Below the pieces are notes generated by a model, which saw nothing but the letters and a program-made list of their open reading frames with translations, did no database searches and was not told the origin of the DNA. 64,000 nt of DNA, from the IMG/VR virus record IMGVR_UViG_2974638963_000001, positions 54,538-118,537 of that record. One strand, given 5' to 3'. Below, in pieces: positions 1 to 11,020 of the stretch (position 1 is the first letter of the stretch; each line of letters starts with the position of its first letter). The DNA comes from a virus (lineage: Duplodnaviria > Caudoviricetes). The position numbers and the translations under genes are program-made.

Positions 1-1
1 A

Positions 2-520
2 TCTGAGTCTCTGTGTGATAGGTTTAACCGTATAGACAGAGAAGTTTTCCCCGAATACCATTGGTTGTTTGAAAAAGGATATTATACCAATAGTCACCAC
101 TTAAGTGTGGATAGAAAGGTAGCTCCTGATGTCAAATTTGATTTTGAATCTAACTTTACTAGTATTGCTAGTGGCGGCTGCATTTCTTACGTAGAACTTC
201 CTGATATGAAGAAGTTTCCTCAAGGTCTAGAATGGGTGATTGATTACGCTGCAAGCAAGGTGCACTACTTCGGTATTAATACCCCAGTGGACTCATGTGA
301 TGATTGTGGGTTCATGGGTGAGACAGTACCTACTGAAAATGGGTTCACATGCCCGTCTTGTGGTAACCATGACCCTGACAAGCTAGAAATTACTAGACGT
401 GTCTGTGGGTACTTAGGTAATCCTGGTAGTCGTCCATTTAATCCTGGTAAGCAGCACGAGGTTATGGATAGGGTTAAACATGCCGATGTTCGCAAAGGAA
501 AGGTGCAAGTAAAGAAATAA
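2..520 (+). CDS. nrdD: Anaerobic ribonucleoside-triphosphate reductase, C-terminal part (5' truncated by window)
   Basis: Frame open from position 2 (SESLCDRF); YYTNS motif, CxxC...CxxC zinc site, glycyl-radical motif RVCGYLG. Confidence 0.95.
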   Translation, partial: SESLCDRFNRIDREVFPEYHWLFEKGYYTNSHHLSVDRKVAPDVKFDFESNFTSIASGGCISYVELPDMKKFPQGLEWVIDYAASKVHYFGINTPVDSCDDCGFMGETVPTENGFTCPSCGNHDPDKLEITRRVCGYLGNPGSRPFNPGKQHEVMDRVKHADVRKGKVQVKK

Positions 521-525
521 ATTTC

Positions 526-554
526 TTGCTTAATAGCTCTCGTTTTGGTATAAT
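526..554 (+). promoter_or_regulatory. sigma70-type early promoter
   Basis: TTGCTT-17-TATAAT. Confidence 0.85.
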
Positions 555-585
555 ATCTATAAATTAACTAAAGCGAGGGTTTATT

Positions 586-939
586 ATGTTACAAGAGTCG
601 GTTAACGCAATTATAGAAGAATCACTAGGTGATAGAGTTAAAGAATTGGTAGGTATTGTTCATAATGGTATCATCCAATCTGCAAAGAAAAGGAGCTTCT
701 GTAGCACTATTCAAATTAATAATGCTACCAAACAATTTAGCCTTAATAAACAAGAACTAGTTTCATTACTACAAATTGTTTCAGCTATTTTTGAAGCAGA
801 GGGCGGAATACTAATGACTTACGCTATCTCTGGTAGTAACAATGACCTATCTATTGGGGTAGATGTATTAGTATCACCTACTGATACACTTGCATCTTAT
901 CTTGTAAAAATTTATGATTCGGAGAATGATAATGGCTGA
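586..939 (+). CDS. Hypothetical protein
   Basis: ORF after promoter, SD GAGG. Confidence 0.7.
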   Translation: MLQESVNAIIEESLGDRVKELVGIVHNGIIQSAKKRSFCSTIQINNATKQFSLNKQELVSLLQIVSAIFEAEGGILMTYAISGSNNDLSIGVDVLVSPTDTLASYLVKIYDSENDNG

Positions 940-1144
940 TTTCTGTAGGGATTGTGCAATTGATATTTTGGGTTTCGACACCAAAGATCTTGCAGGTTTA
1001 ATTACTAAAGAAGATATGTATAACGGAATCCGTGCCCACGTGATATGTGAGGGCTGTGGGTGGATTCTAGTAGACCATAATGGTGTTCGTGTTGCTCCTG
1101 ATGACAATGTTCAAGAGGTAGATAAGAATGAAGAAGATCACTAG
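932..1144 (+). CDS. Small Cys-rich (CxxC...CxxC) hypothetical protein
   Basis: MADFCRDC...CEGCG; SD GGAG at 921. Confidence 0.7.
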   Translation: MADFCRDCAIDILGFDTKDLAGLITKEDMYNGIRAHVICEGCGWILVDHNGVRVAPDDNVQEVDKNEEDH

Positions 1145-1424
1145 ATGGTGGGTAGCTAGAACAAGCCCTAATGATGTTGCCTTAGATCTAGCCACTGTGT
1201 GCACTCGTGTTATAAATAGGTCTAGAGTGGGCAATGCAGTAGCTTCCCAACTAACTCAAGTTACAGAGACTGAAATAGAGCGTGTTAAAAAATTAAATGT
1301 TAATGCTACTGATATTAACATGTTAGTCCAGATATTATGTGGGTTAGGTGTACAACTAGATTGTAGCGCAGCTAATATTCCTGATATTATCAAGCGTGAA
1401 TGGGACCTAGAGGAAGAGCAGTAA
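1128..1424 (+). CDS. Hypothetical protein
   Basis: ORF with SD GAGG, overlapping neighbours. Confidence 0.65.
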   Translation: MKKITRWWVARTSPNDVALDLATVCTRVINRSRVGNAVASQLTQVTETEIERVKKLNVNATDINMLVQILCGLGVQLDCSAANIPDIIKREWDLEEEQ

Positions 1425-1723
1425 TGAATATTATTGTACCACGCCCAGAACATATGCCACGTAGTCAGAATGATCTGCCAGATGAAGTATACTATAATAT
1501 ATGGGCAGCAGATCAGCTAGCTAGTATTGTAGGTTACATGTTATCCTATACCAACGAGTTCCATAAAGAAGGCAAGTTTGATATCACACTTACAAATACT
1601 GGAGGCTCAGAGGTACGTAGGCGCGTAACTGAGGCATTGGCTGAACAAGGCTGGGAAGCTACATATGAGCTTGAGAAGTACCAGCAACCTTTACTGACGT
1701 TACGTCCGCTTGACGACCTGTAA
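1424..1723 (+). CDS. Hypothetical protein
   Basis: TAATG coupling to upstream ORF; SD GAGG. Confidence 0.65.
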   Translation: MNIIVPRPEHMPRSQNDLPDEVYYNIWAADQLASIVGYMLSYTNEFHKEGKFDITLTNTGGSEVRRRVTEALAEQGWEATYELEKYQQPLLTLRPLDDL

Positions 1724-1790
1724 AATTTAGAAAGTGGTGGGAAATTTGGCTGTTCAAATAGGAACCACCACCCCGATTTATAAAAATTTC

Positions 1791-1819
1791 TTGCAATCGT
1801 CGAAAACTTTTGTTATAAT
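1791..1819 (+). promoter_or_regulatory. sigma70-type promoter driving the structured RNA and obp
   Basis: TTGCAA-17-TATAAT with upstream A/T tract. Confidence 0.85.
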
Positions 1820-1825
1820 ATATTC

Positions 1826-2400
1826 ATAGTTTGGAAATTCTTAGGCGTTTAAGAAAAGCGCCTAACGATTTGTAAACTCTAGATTGATTTACATTTGTCA
1901 CTCAGTATGTATCCGGTTCGTGGGGCAACCCCAACGTAGATAACGCTGATTATCTCTAACCACATAAATTCTTAACTAGTTCGACAGCTATAAAGCTGGC
2001 TTTGCTACCTGAAATCCGACCTGTTGTGCGGTGTAGTCTTATGAAGTCTCTTCGGAGAAAACCATGTTGTCATAGGGCTAGGGTAACGATAAGAACGCGG
2101 TCAATTAAACTTCTCAGAGGATGTAGGTTCGCCCTGTCTTCGGAGCACACCTGCTTAGCGGCGAATCATGAGGTGGCGTGCGAAGTTTATGTAGACTAGC
2201 AATAGCAGTCCGGCGGAGTGAGACCAAAGGCGTATAGTGAGAATAAGAAGAGAGTGTATGTGGTTAGGATGTTTTCTTTTTCGAAAGAACTCGAACAAAA
2301 AGTAAGTTGATTGTATTTGCTAGGTGAACCCTCGGGCAACTGACATAGTAACTGAACAAATCTTAGAGCATAACTGTTCCCTGGCTAAACAGGATGGACA
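1826..2400 (+). ncRNA. Putative large structured non-coding RNA or structured leader (family unknown)
   Basis: Nested long-range helices (1956-1966/2257-2267, 11 bp perfect; 2106-2113/2182-2189; 1893-1910/2343-2361), three UUCG and two GCAA-type hairpin loops, no credible ORF. Confidence 0.7.
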
Positions 2401-2438
2401 GGATAATTGTAACCTTTTAACTATAGGAGTAACTCTAC

Positions 2439-5219
2439 GTGTTCACGATTTTAGAGGGACATGAGGGGTGGACAAGAGATCAAGCAACCGGTAACTGGGT
2501 TCCGTCTAACGAGGACTTCGTGTTTGCTAAAGAATTCTCTGAACAGTTTCCAATGGGTAAACCTCACTCACTTCCAACCAAGTTTAATGTTGTGAATGAA
2601 TATGACCCAAAGACACTCCCTGAAATGATGGATTTATTAAAGTTAATTACAGCTAACCCTCAATGGATGGTTATTCGTGCAAAACCGAAGGCAGCTCGAC
2701 GTGCAATTTATAGACGTAAAGTGAATTTCGAAACTTCTAATAAATCTAATATAATCGCTATCGACGTGGATGATTTTCCACTTCCTGACGATATATCTCC
2801 GTTTGATATTGCCGCCCAAGGACGTTACGTTCTAGGCATCCTTAATTCAATTAGCGAGGAGATGTTCCCATTAGATGCAGGTTTTATTGCACATGCATCG
2901 TCTTCTGCTGGTATTAAGTCTGGTATTCGTCTGCATATGTTCTTTCAGACTAATATTCCAGTAACTCAAGGACAATTGAAATTCACGTTCTCATCTATTA
3001 ATGAATCTTCACGAGAAAAATATAATGGAGTTAACGTAATTGACTTGGCTTATTACTCAGCTGTTCAGGCACATTATTTTGCCGACCCAATTTTCAAAGC
3101 CCCATTTAAAGATCCTTTCAAACAGGAGAAAGTCGCACGTCTGAGATTTGTTTCCGGTGGAACAATAAATATGCCAGACAATGTGCCAGACTTTGAGTCT
3201 ACTAAGGGGGAGTTTAAAGAGGAATTTTACTCTTTGTTAGATCAAATTAAAGGAAAACGTTCAACATCAGATAAGGTTGAGCGAATCATTGGAGAACTGG
3301 AAGATGCAGAAGATGGTGTTTATCTTCGTATAATTCCCAAGTTATATCACAATGCACTAGAAGAGGGTATAGATCTAGCATGGCTAGAAAAGGAAATTAC
3401 TCCAGCATTGTCTCTATATGTAGCACATAAAGACAACAGAAGAACTATTCAGGAATACTTTACCAACGGTCGTAAGCAGGCTTTGAAAGCTTTTGTAAAC
3501 AACTCTAAACGAGAGATACCGTTAAACTTAAAAGGCGTTCCAATTAAGCAGTTAGAAACTAACTCTGCTGAACAGGATAGATTCTTAAAGTTAGATAAAT
3601 TACCACCCGAAGGATCAATGACATTTGTTAAGTCTAGCCTGGGAACTGGTAAAACAACAGCTATTATTAAATGGCTAGATTCTGGTATGATTGATGGGGG
3701 ATTCCTAGCAATCACAAACACTCGTGCCTTAGTTTCATCAAACGCAAAGAAATTCACGTCTGGTCAATATAACAAATCTATTGATATGTTAGACTTTAAG
3801 AGAGGTGGATTAACTAGAATGTCCTCAACGATTCACTCTATTCATAAATTCAAGGGTTTAGTTGATAAGGTTGACTTTGTATTTATAGATGAGGCAGATG
3901 CGGTAATGAATGATTTATTATTTGCACCTGTTGTTAAGAATCGCAGACAGTGTATCGAAACGTTACGTGACCTTTTATTAAATGCGAAACATGTAATTTT
4001 ATCTGATGGTGATATCAGTGCAGAAACCGTAGAAGCCTATGGTAGTCTTATAGATTTTGATAAACCAATTAATTTCTTTAATCATCATCGTCGAATGTTA
4101 CAAGGTGCTCAAGCATATGAATTCTCAGATGCAGAGTCGGTCTGGGTCGCTTTTCAAACTTCATTAGAAATGGGTGAGAAGTCAATCATAGTAACAGACT
4201 GTGGGCCTGCAGAATTAGGTGAACGTGGTATTGCTTTACGAGAAGCCACTGGTTGTATAGTTAAAGAGATCCATTCCAACTCAACCGAAGACCCTGACAT
4301 TCGCAAAATACTAGACTATACTAATGAAGAACTTATCAATCAAAATGTTCACGGATTATTATGTAGTCCATCAGTAACTAATGGAGTTGACTGGAACTAT
4401 TTTGATAACGTATTCTTATTGACTTTAACGCCTAATCAAGCCCCAAACATGCGATTCCAGGCATTACGACGAGATCGTGGAGCACAGACTTTCTATTTCT
4501 ATACAGATAAGTCAACAAGTGGTTTCGATGCAGGTTCTACTCAGTATAATGCTGAGGAAGGGTGGCTAGATGCTAGTCAACAATCTTATGCAAGACGTAG
4601 GGAAACTGAAAGTCGAAACTATGCCTCAACTTTAAGATATTATTTATTAGACCAAGGCGCTACTATTGATATCTTTACAGAAAGTTGGGGTAAAATGGAA
4701 TCGGCGGCGGATGTCTATAAAGAAGAAAGGGTTAACGCTATCTTATCATCTCTACCAGATTATACTCCTTTACGTCACAATGATGCTTATGATGCTAAAC
4801 TATTACTGATGTCTTATTATCATATTGATAAACTATCAGAAGTAACCAGAGAACTAGCGGAGTCATTTGTAGAACAGAAGCCCAACGAGAGAGCAGAGTT
4901 CTTTCATAAGGTAGTAGATTTACTGTGGCCGGCAATAAAGAAATGTACTAGCGTTTCGGTAACTCCACTAGCAGAGGCATTAAAGAAACATAAACGAGAG
5001 TTCTTCTTATTAACTGGTCAATCGGCTCAGGCTAAATATACTCGTAAATATCTAGGAATGATGGGAATTGGTAAAGATCTTGACCTTGAGAACATCAAAG
5101 ACTGGTATAGAACCTATTGTAAAATAGAGGGTATACAGTTGCATCCCGATTTTATGACAGATAAAGAGCGTTCTCTATATGAAGAGGCTAGTATGGATTT
5201 GAGGTTCGATGATGAGTAA
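2439..5219 (+). CDS. obp: Replication origin-binding protein (N-terminal AEP/PrimPol-like domain plus UL9-like SF2 helicase)
   Basis: GTG start with SD AGGAG; IDVDD and SSSAG...RLH motifs; Walker A GTGKTT, DEAD, QALRRDR; T5 synteny. Confidence 0.85.
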   Translation: MFTILEGHEGWTRDQATGNWVPSNEDFVFAKEFSEQFPMGKPHSLPTKFNVVNEYDPKTLPEMMDLLKLITANPQWMVIRAKPKAARRAIYRRKVNFETSNKSNIIAIDVDDFPLPDDISPFDIAAQGRYVLGILNSISEEMFPLDAGFIAHASSSAGIKSGIRLHMFFQTNIPVTQGQLKFTFSSINESSREKYNGVNVIDLAYYSAVQAHYFADPIFKAPFKDPFKQEKVARLRFVSGGTINMPDNVPDFESTKGEFKEEFYSLLDQIKGKRSTSDKVERIIGELEDAEDGVYLRIIPKLYHNALEEGIDLAWLEKEITPALSLYVAHKDNRRTIQEYFTNGRKQALKAFVNNSKREIPLNLKGVPIKQLETNSAEQDRFLKLDKLPPEGSMTFVKSSLGTGKTTAIIKWLDSGMIDGGFLAITNTRALVSSNAKKFTSGQYNKSIDMLDFKRGGLTRMSSTIHSIHKFKGLVDKVDFVFIDEADAVMNDLLFAPVVKNRRQCIETLRDLLLNAKHVILSDGDISAETVEAYGSLIDFDKPINFFNHHRRMLQGAQAYEFSDAESVWVAFQTSLEMGEKSIIVTDCGPAELGERGIALREATGCIVKEIHSNSTEDPDIRKILDYTNEELINQNVHGLLCSPSVTNGVDWNYFDNVFLLTLTPNQAPNMRFQALRRDRGAQTFYFYTDKSTSGFDAGSTQYNAEEGWLDASQQSYARRRETESRNYASTLRYYLLDQGATIDIFTESWGKMESAADVYKEERVNAILSSLPDYTPLRHNDAYDAKLLLMSYYHIDKLSEVTRELAESFVEQKPNERAEFFHKVVDLLWPAIKKCTSVSVTPLAEALKKHKREFFLLTGQSAQAKYTRKYLGMMGIGKDLDLENIKDWYRTYCKIEGIQLHPDFMTDKERSLYEEASMDLRFDDE

Positions 5220-5451
5220 GTGGGATTTACAGCCTAGATACAGGCAAAAACCTGCCAAAGCTAAACCTACCAAACCTCGGGGAGAGCTATGTAGAGTTCT
5301 CCCACCTCGTTTGGCAAGGACTCCAGGTATTTATGAGTTCTTGATGTCTAAGATAGATAGTGCTAGACTAGAAAGGTATCACCTCGTTATGGCGTATCGT
5401 CGTAAATGCTCCGAAATAGCTGACCTACTATTAAATGAAAAATTTGATTGA
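5209..5451 (+). CDS. Hypothetical basic protein
   Basis: ORF overlapping the obp stop, SD GAGG. Confidence 0.65.
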   Translation: MMSKWDLQPRYRQKPAKAKPTKPRGELCRVLPPRLARTPGIYEFLMSKIDSARLERYHLVMAYRRKCSEIADLLLNEKFD

Positions 5452-5476
5452 TTAATAGCTAAATTTGATTTATAAT
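5448..5476 (+). promoter_or_regulatory. sigma70-type promoter
   Basis: TTGATT-17-TATAAT. Confidence 0.75.
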
Positions 5477-5508
5477 AGTTTCATAAATTTGGAAAAGAGG
5501 AATTAGAT

Positions 5509-6228
5509 ATGGCAGGCGGAAAACGCAGACGTGTAGCTGCCCATGACATTCCAGATGCTTTATTTATAGAAGCAAAAGAATGGCTTGAAAAGGGTGGTAC
5601 AAAGAAAGGTGCATGTGACATCTTAAGCAAAAGTGGAGTCAATGTAGGCTCTAATAAAAAGATGGAAGAGCTAATCCAAGAATGGGAAGACCGTAAAGTT
5701 TACGATGCAGAAATGAGAAAGCGTAAACGTGGTACGAGCATAGAAGGAGTTGAAGCCGCTTCCATTATTGAAGATTACTTTGCTGGTATTAGTATCGCAG
5801 ATATTGCAGACCAAAATCATCGTTCTCAGATGAAGATTAAATCATTCCTAGAAGAGAATGGTGCTTTGTTACGTGCTACTGAACCAGAAGATCCTAATCG
5901 TCCTTGGGAACTTTTCCCACCATTGCTAGATGAAAGTACATTTAGTGATGAATATAAGATTGGGGATATTGTTTGGGTAGCTGGTCGTCAGTGTTTTGGC
6001 GAAGTAACCCATAAATTATCTGATGATGTATATCGTGTGTGGCTTTTAAGCGGCAAACAGATGTATATTCCAGTTGAAGTATGGAACTTAGCCAACGTAG
6101 AACGCTTCAGAGAGTTTGGTGTAGATCCTAAGCGATTTGGAGAACGTTGGGAACGTGATGATGTGATAGTGACCTTGAATGAGGCACTTAAGAAAGCTAA
6201 ATTAAATGCGGCTAAGGATGCAAAATAA
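5509..6228 (+). CDS. D2: T5 D2-like protein
   Basis: GGTKKGACDIL motif, size and synteny with T5 D2. Confidence 0.75.
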   Translation: MAGGKRRRVAAHDIPDALFIEAKEWLEKGGTKKGACDILSKSGVNVGSNKKMEELIQEWEDRKVYDAEMRKRKRGTSIEGVEAASIIEDYFAGISIADIADQNHRSQMKIKSFLEENGALLRATEPEDPNRPWELFPPLLDESTFSDEYKIGDIVWVAGRQCFGEVTHKLSDDVYRVWLLSGKQMYIPVEVWNLANVERFREFGVDPKRFGERWERDDVIVTLNEALKKAKLNAAKDAK

Positions 6229-6482
6229 TGGTAAAAATGACTTTAGCAGAGATCTTTTCTAGGTCTCTATTGACCTCTCGTGTAGAATTTGCACGAAAAG
6301 AAGATAACTTGGAAGAAGGGCTTGAAAAGTTTTATGCTATTTCAAGTAATGATCCAGAAATGAAAAACGTTATAGAATTAAATACTATCAATACTGCAAC
6401 AGGTGAAACCAAAGTAGAGCATAAATCTCTAGGGGAATTCATCCAACGGTATGGTATGCAGAGTCGTTGGTACTTGATCTAA
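6228..6482 (+). CDS. Hypothetical protein
   Basis: TAATG-coupled ORF. Confidence 0.65.
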   Translation: MVKMTLAEIFSRSLLTSRVEFARKEDNLEEGLEKFYAISSNDPEMKNVIELNTINTATGETKVEHKSLGEFIQRYGMQSRWYLI

Positions 6483-6490
6483 AAATTCAC

Positions 6491-6519
6491 TTGCTTAGTA
6501 TTAGCAAAATTGTTATAAT
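6491..6519 (+). promoter_or_regulatory. sigma70-type promoter
   Basis: TTGCTT-17-TATAAT. Confidence 0.85.
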
Positions 6520-6558
6520 ATTTATATAAATTAATCAACAACAAAAGGAAATAAATTT

Positions 6559-6957
6559 ATGTCAGAACTAGATAAAGTTGCACTTGCCGATCGTTACGTA
6601 GAAGTCATTTCTGCTTACCCAGAAGACGAGCGTCCATCAATTACAACTGAAGTTGTTAAGCAAGTAGCAGAAGAATTTGGTATCCCTGCCAACTCAGCAC
6701 GTCTGCATATCAGTCGTGACCCACGTGGCGTTTATATTAAGAAAGATTCTGCCAAGAAATCAACATCTGCTGATGGTGAAAAGAAAACTGGTGGAACTCG
6801 CACATCTAAAGCCGCAGCACAAGCTGAGCTAAAAGCAGCTCTGATGGATGCAGGTGCACCAGAAGATAAAGTTGCCGAAGGCGAAGAAATCATCGAGAAA
6901 ATGACAGGTAAAGCTGCTCTGTTCTTAGCTGAATTAATTCGTTCAATCACTAAGTAA
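6559..6957 (+). CDS. D3: T5 D3-like DNA-binding protein
   Basis: Size, GVYIKK / GGTRTSKA / KMTGKAA motifs, synteny. Confidence 0.75.
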   Translation: MSELDKVALADRYVEVISAYPEDERPSITTEVVKQVAEEFGIPANSARLHISRDPRGVYIKKDSAKKSTSADGEKKTGGTRTSKAAAQAELKAALMDAGAPEDKVAEGEEIIEKMTGKAALFLAELIRSITK

Positions 6958-6969
6958 TAAGGAGCTGTT

Positions 6970-7299
6970 ATGACTAAGCGTTTTAGTGCAAACTTAAGTA
7001 CACCTGTTAAAAAGGTCGAAGTTATTGCAGCGTGTGACGAGTATGGTGAAGTGTTTATTCACTATCGCAAACAATCACGTAAGCCTGGTGAACCTTGGTC
7101 AACACAACTCCAAGGCACTATGGATTTCTCAGATAAGTATCTAGCTAAACGTTTTGAACAAGAACAACCAGCACCAGCAGGTGAAGGTGAAATCTTAGTG
7201 TTTAGCAGAACCAACGATCGCTTCCGCTATCTGCCAGTGGATACAATCTTTAAGATTGAGCATCTTGGCACAGTAGTTAACAAGGCTCGTGTCCTCTAA
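6970..7299 (+). CDS. Conserved T5-like hypothetical protein
   Basis: SD AGGAG, synteny. Confidence 0.7.
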   Translation: MTKRFSANLSTPVKKVEVIAACDEYGEVFIHYRKQSRKPGEPWSTQLQGTMDFSDKYLAKRFEQEQPAPAGEGEILVFSRTNDRFRYLPVDTIFKIEHLGTVVNKARVL

Positions 7300-7633
7300 T
7301 ATAGTTGAAGACGAAGGAATTGTTCGTCAGGAAAACGAAATGTATCCTGACGAATGCTCTGTTCCTTTGTGGGTTAAAAATGGGGAAGAAGTCCATTTCA
7401 CAATCTCCGAATTTCGAGGCAACCTATATATGGGTATACGTCTATGGCTCCAAGATGCCACTGACGAGAGTTGGTTCCCAACACGTGCTGGATTTTCTAT
7501 CCCTTTTAACATCGACACATCTGCTAGATTATTCAAGGCACTTGCTCGAACACTGAGTAAGGCAGAAGTCCTTGATGAAGTCATACAGCATACACAAAAC
7601 TGCGACACGCTTTCCGCGTTAAATAAATTATAA
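7289..7633 (+). CDS. PC4/p15-like ssDNA-binding protein
   Basis: TISEFRGNLYMGIR...WFPTRAGFSI matches the PC4-fold signature. Confidence 0.75.
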   Translation: MSSNIVEDEGIVRQENEMYPDECSVPLWVKNGEEVHFTISEFRGNLYMGIRLWLQDATDESWFPTRAGFSIPFNIDTSARLFKALARTLSKAEVLDEVIQHTQNCDTLSALNKL

Positions 7634-7660
7634 CCGTGCTTTTCAGTGCGGTTTTTATTT
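7632..7660 (+). terminator. Rho-independent terminator
   Basis: ACCGTGC-loop-GTGCGGT followed by T tract. Confidence 0.6.
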
Positions 7661-7662
7661 AC

Positions 7663-7691
7663 TTGCATTTTGCTTAAATTTTTGATATAAT
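7663..7691 (+). promoter_or_regulatory. sigma70-type promoter
   Basis: TTGCAT-17-TATAAT. Confidence 0.85.
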
Positions 7692-7731
7692 ATTTATATT
7701 GAATAGGTAATATATCAAAGGGGATTAATAA

Positions 7732-9173
<1,442 letters not shown>

Positions 9174-9211
9174 TTGATTGGGGTGTTTCCACCTCGATTT
9201 TCAAACTCTAC

Positions 9212-9240
9212 TTGACGTCGCGACAAATTATATGTATAAT
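9212..9240 (+). promoter_or_regulatory. sigma70-type promoter (first of two between ligA and ligB)
   Basis: TTGACG-17-TATAAT. Confidence 0.85.
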
Positions 9241-9307
9241 AGTTATACTGATTTGGGGATGAGGTGTCATGGCTGATAAGCCTGACGGAAATGAGTAAAA
9301 AATTCAT

Positions 9308-10112
<805 letters not shown>

Positions 10113-10118
10113 ATAACT

Positions 10119-10907
10119 ATGAGTACTATCAAATTAGCGTGGAACGAAGAAACTACTAATGCATTACGTGCGAAAGCTGAATCATTCGGTGGAGATGTAA
10201 TCACTCAAGAACAAGTTGCCCAAATCGCTATTGAGCTTGGTAATGAATTCTCTGATGAAAAAGCAACTCGTGCTGCAACTGCTCGTTCAGTAGGTTCTAA
10301 ACTGCGTAAAGAAGGTTTTGCTGTTCAACGTGCTGATGAAGTAGAAAAAGCTTCTGCATGGTCTGAAGATGAAACTGCTGAATTAGAAGCGTTCCTGAAA
10401 GCTTACGAGGGTGAGAAAACTTATGCTGAAATTGCTGCGGCGGTATGTGGTGGTAAATTCACACGTGCTCAGGTTCAAGGTAAAGTTCTGCATCTTGAAA
10501 TGACTGACAAAGTTAAGTTAACTCCGAAAGCTGCTGCTGTTCGTAAGTTTAGCCCTGAAGAAGAAAACAAGATCGTAAACTTGGTTGAAGCCGATGCATT
10601 CTTAGAGGATATCGCAGATGCATTAGATCGTACTTCTCGCCAGATTCATGGTAAATGCTTAAGTTTACTGCGTGAAAACCGTATTGCTAAATTACCAGAA
10701 CAAAAAGTTCATAAAGAATCTGCTCGTGCTGATGCATTAGCTGGCTTAGACGTAGCGTCTATGACTATCGCAGAAATCGCTGAAGCGACTGGTAAAAACG
10801 AAAAAGGCGTTAAATCAATGCTGACTCGTCGTGGTGTAGACTGTAAAGACTACAAAGGTGCTGCAAAACGCGCTAAATTAGACGAAAAAGCTGCTAAAGC
10901 TGAGTAA
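10119..10907 (+). CDS. D5: D5 DNA-binding transcription regulator
   Basis: Repeated W/F-S-x-E-E helix-turn-helix units, synteny. Confidence 0.85.
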   Translation: MSTIKLAWNEETTNALRAKAESFGGDVITQEQVAQIAIELGNEFSDEKATRAATARSVGSKLRKEGFAVQRADEVEKASAWSEDETAELEAFLKAYEGEKTYAEIAAAVCGGKFTRAQVQGKVLHLEMTDKVKLTPKAAAVRKFSPEEENKIVNLVEADAFLEDIADALDRTSRQIHGKCLSLLRENRIAKLPEQKVHKESARADALAGLDVASMTIAEIAEATGKNEKGVKSMLTRRGVDCKDYKGAAKRAKLDEKAAKAE

Positions 10908-10946
10908 TCGTTAAGTTACAAATCTTTCACAAGATTACCAACCTTT

Positions 10947-10982
10947 AGGGGAGAGGGATTAATTTCCTCTCCCCTTTTCTGT
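10947..10982 (+). terminator. Rho-independent terminator
   Basis: AGGGGAGAGG-loop-CCTCTCCCCT followed by T tract. Confidence 0.85.
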
Positions 10983-11020
10983 TTTTGGACAGCACGAAAG
11001 TGTAGTGAATGAGAGGAGTA

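Noticed and set aside
2002-2199. 65-aa ORF inside the structured region
   Set aside because: TTG start without SD and atypical composition; better explained as a by-product of the structured RNA.
1826-2400. tRNA cluster, tmRNA, RNase P or group I intron identity for the structured RNA
   Set aside because: No cloverleaf or CCA ends, no RNase P GAGGAAAGUCC, no R/S intron core.
9260-9300. Hammerhead ribozyme (CTGATAAG...GAAA)
   Set aside because: Does not match CUGANGA with three supporting stems.
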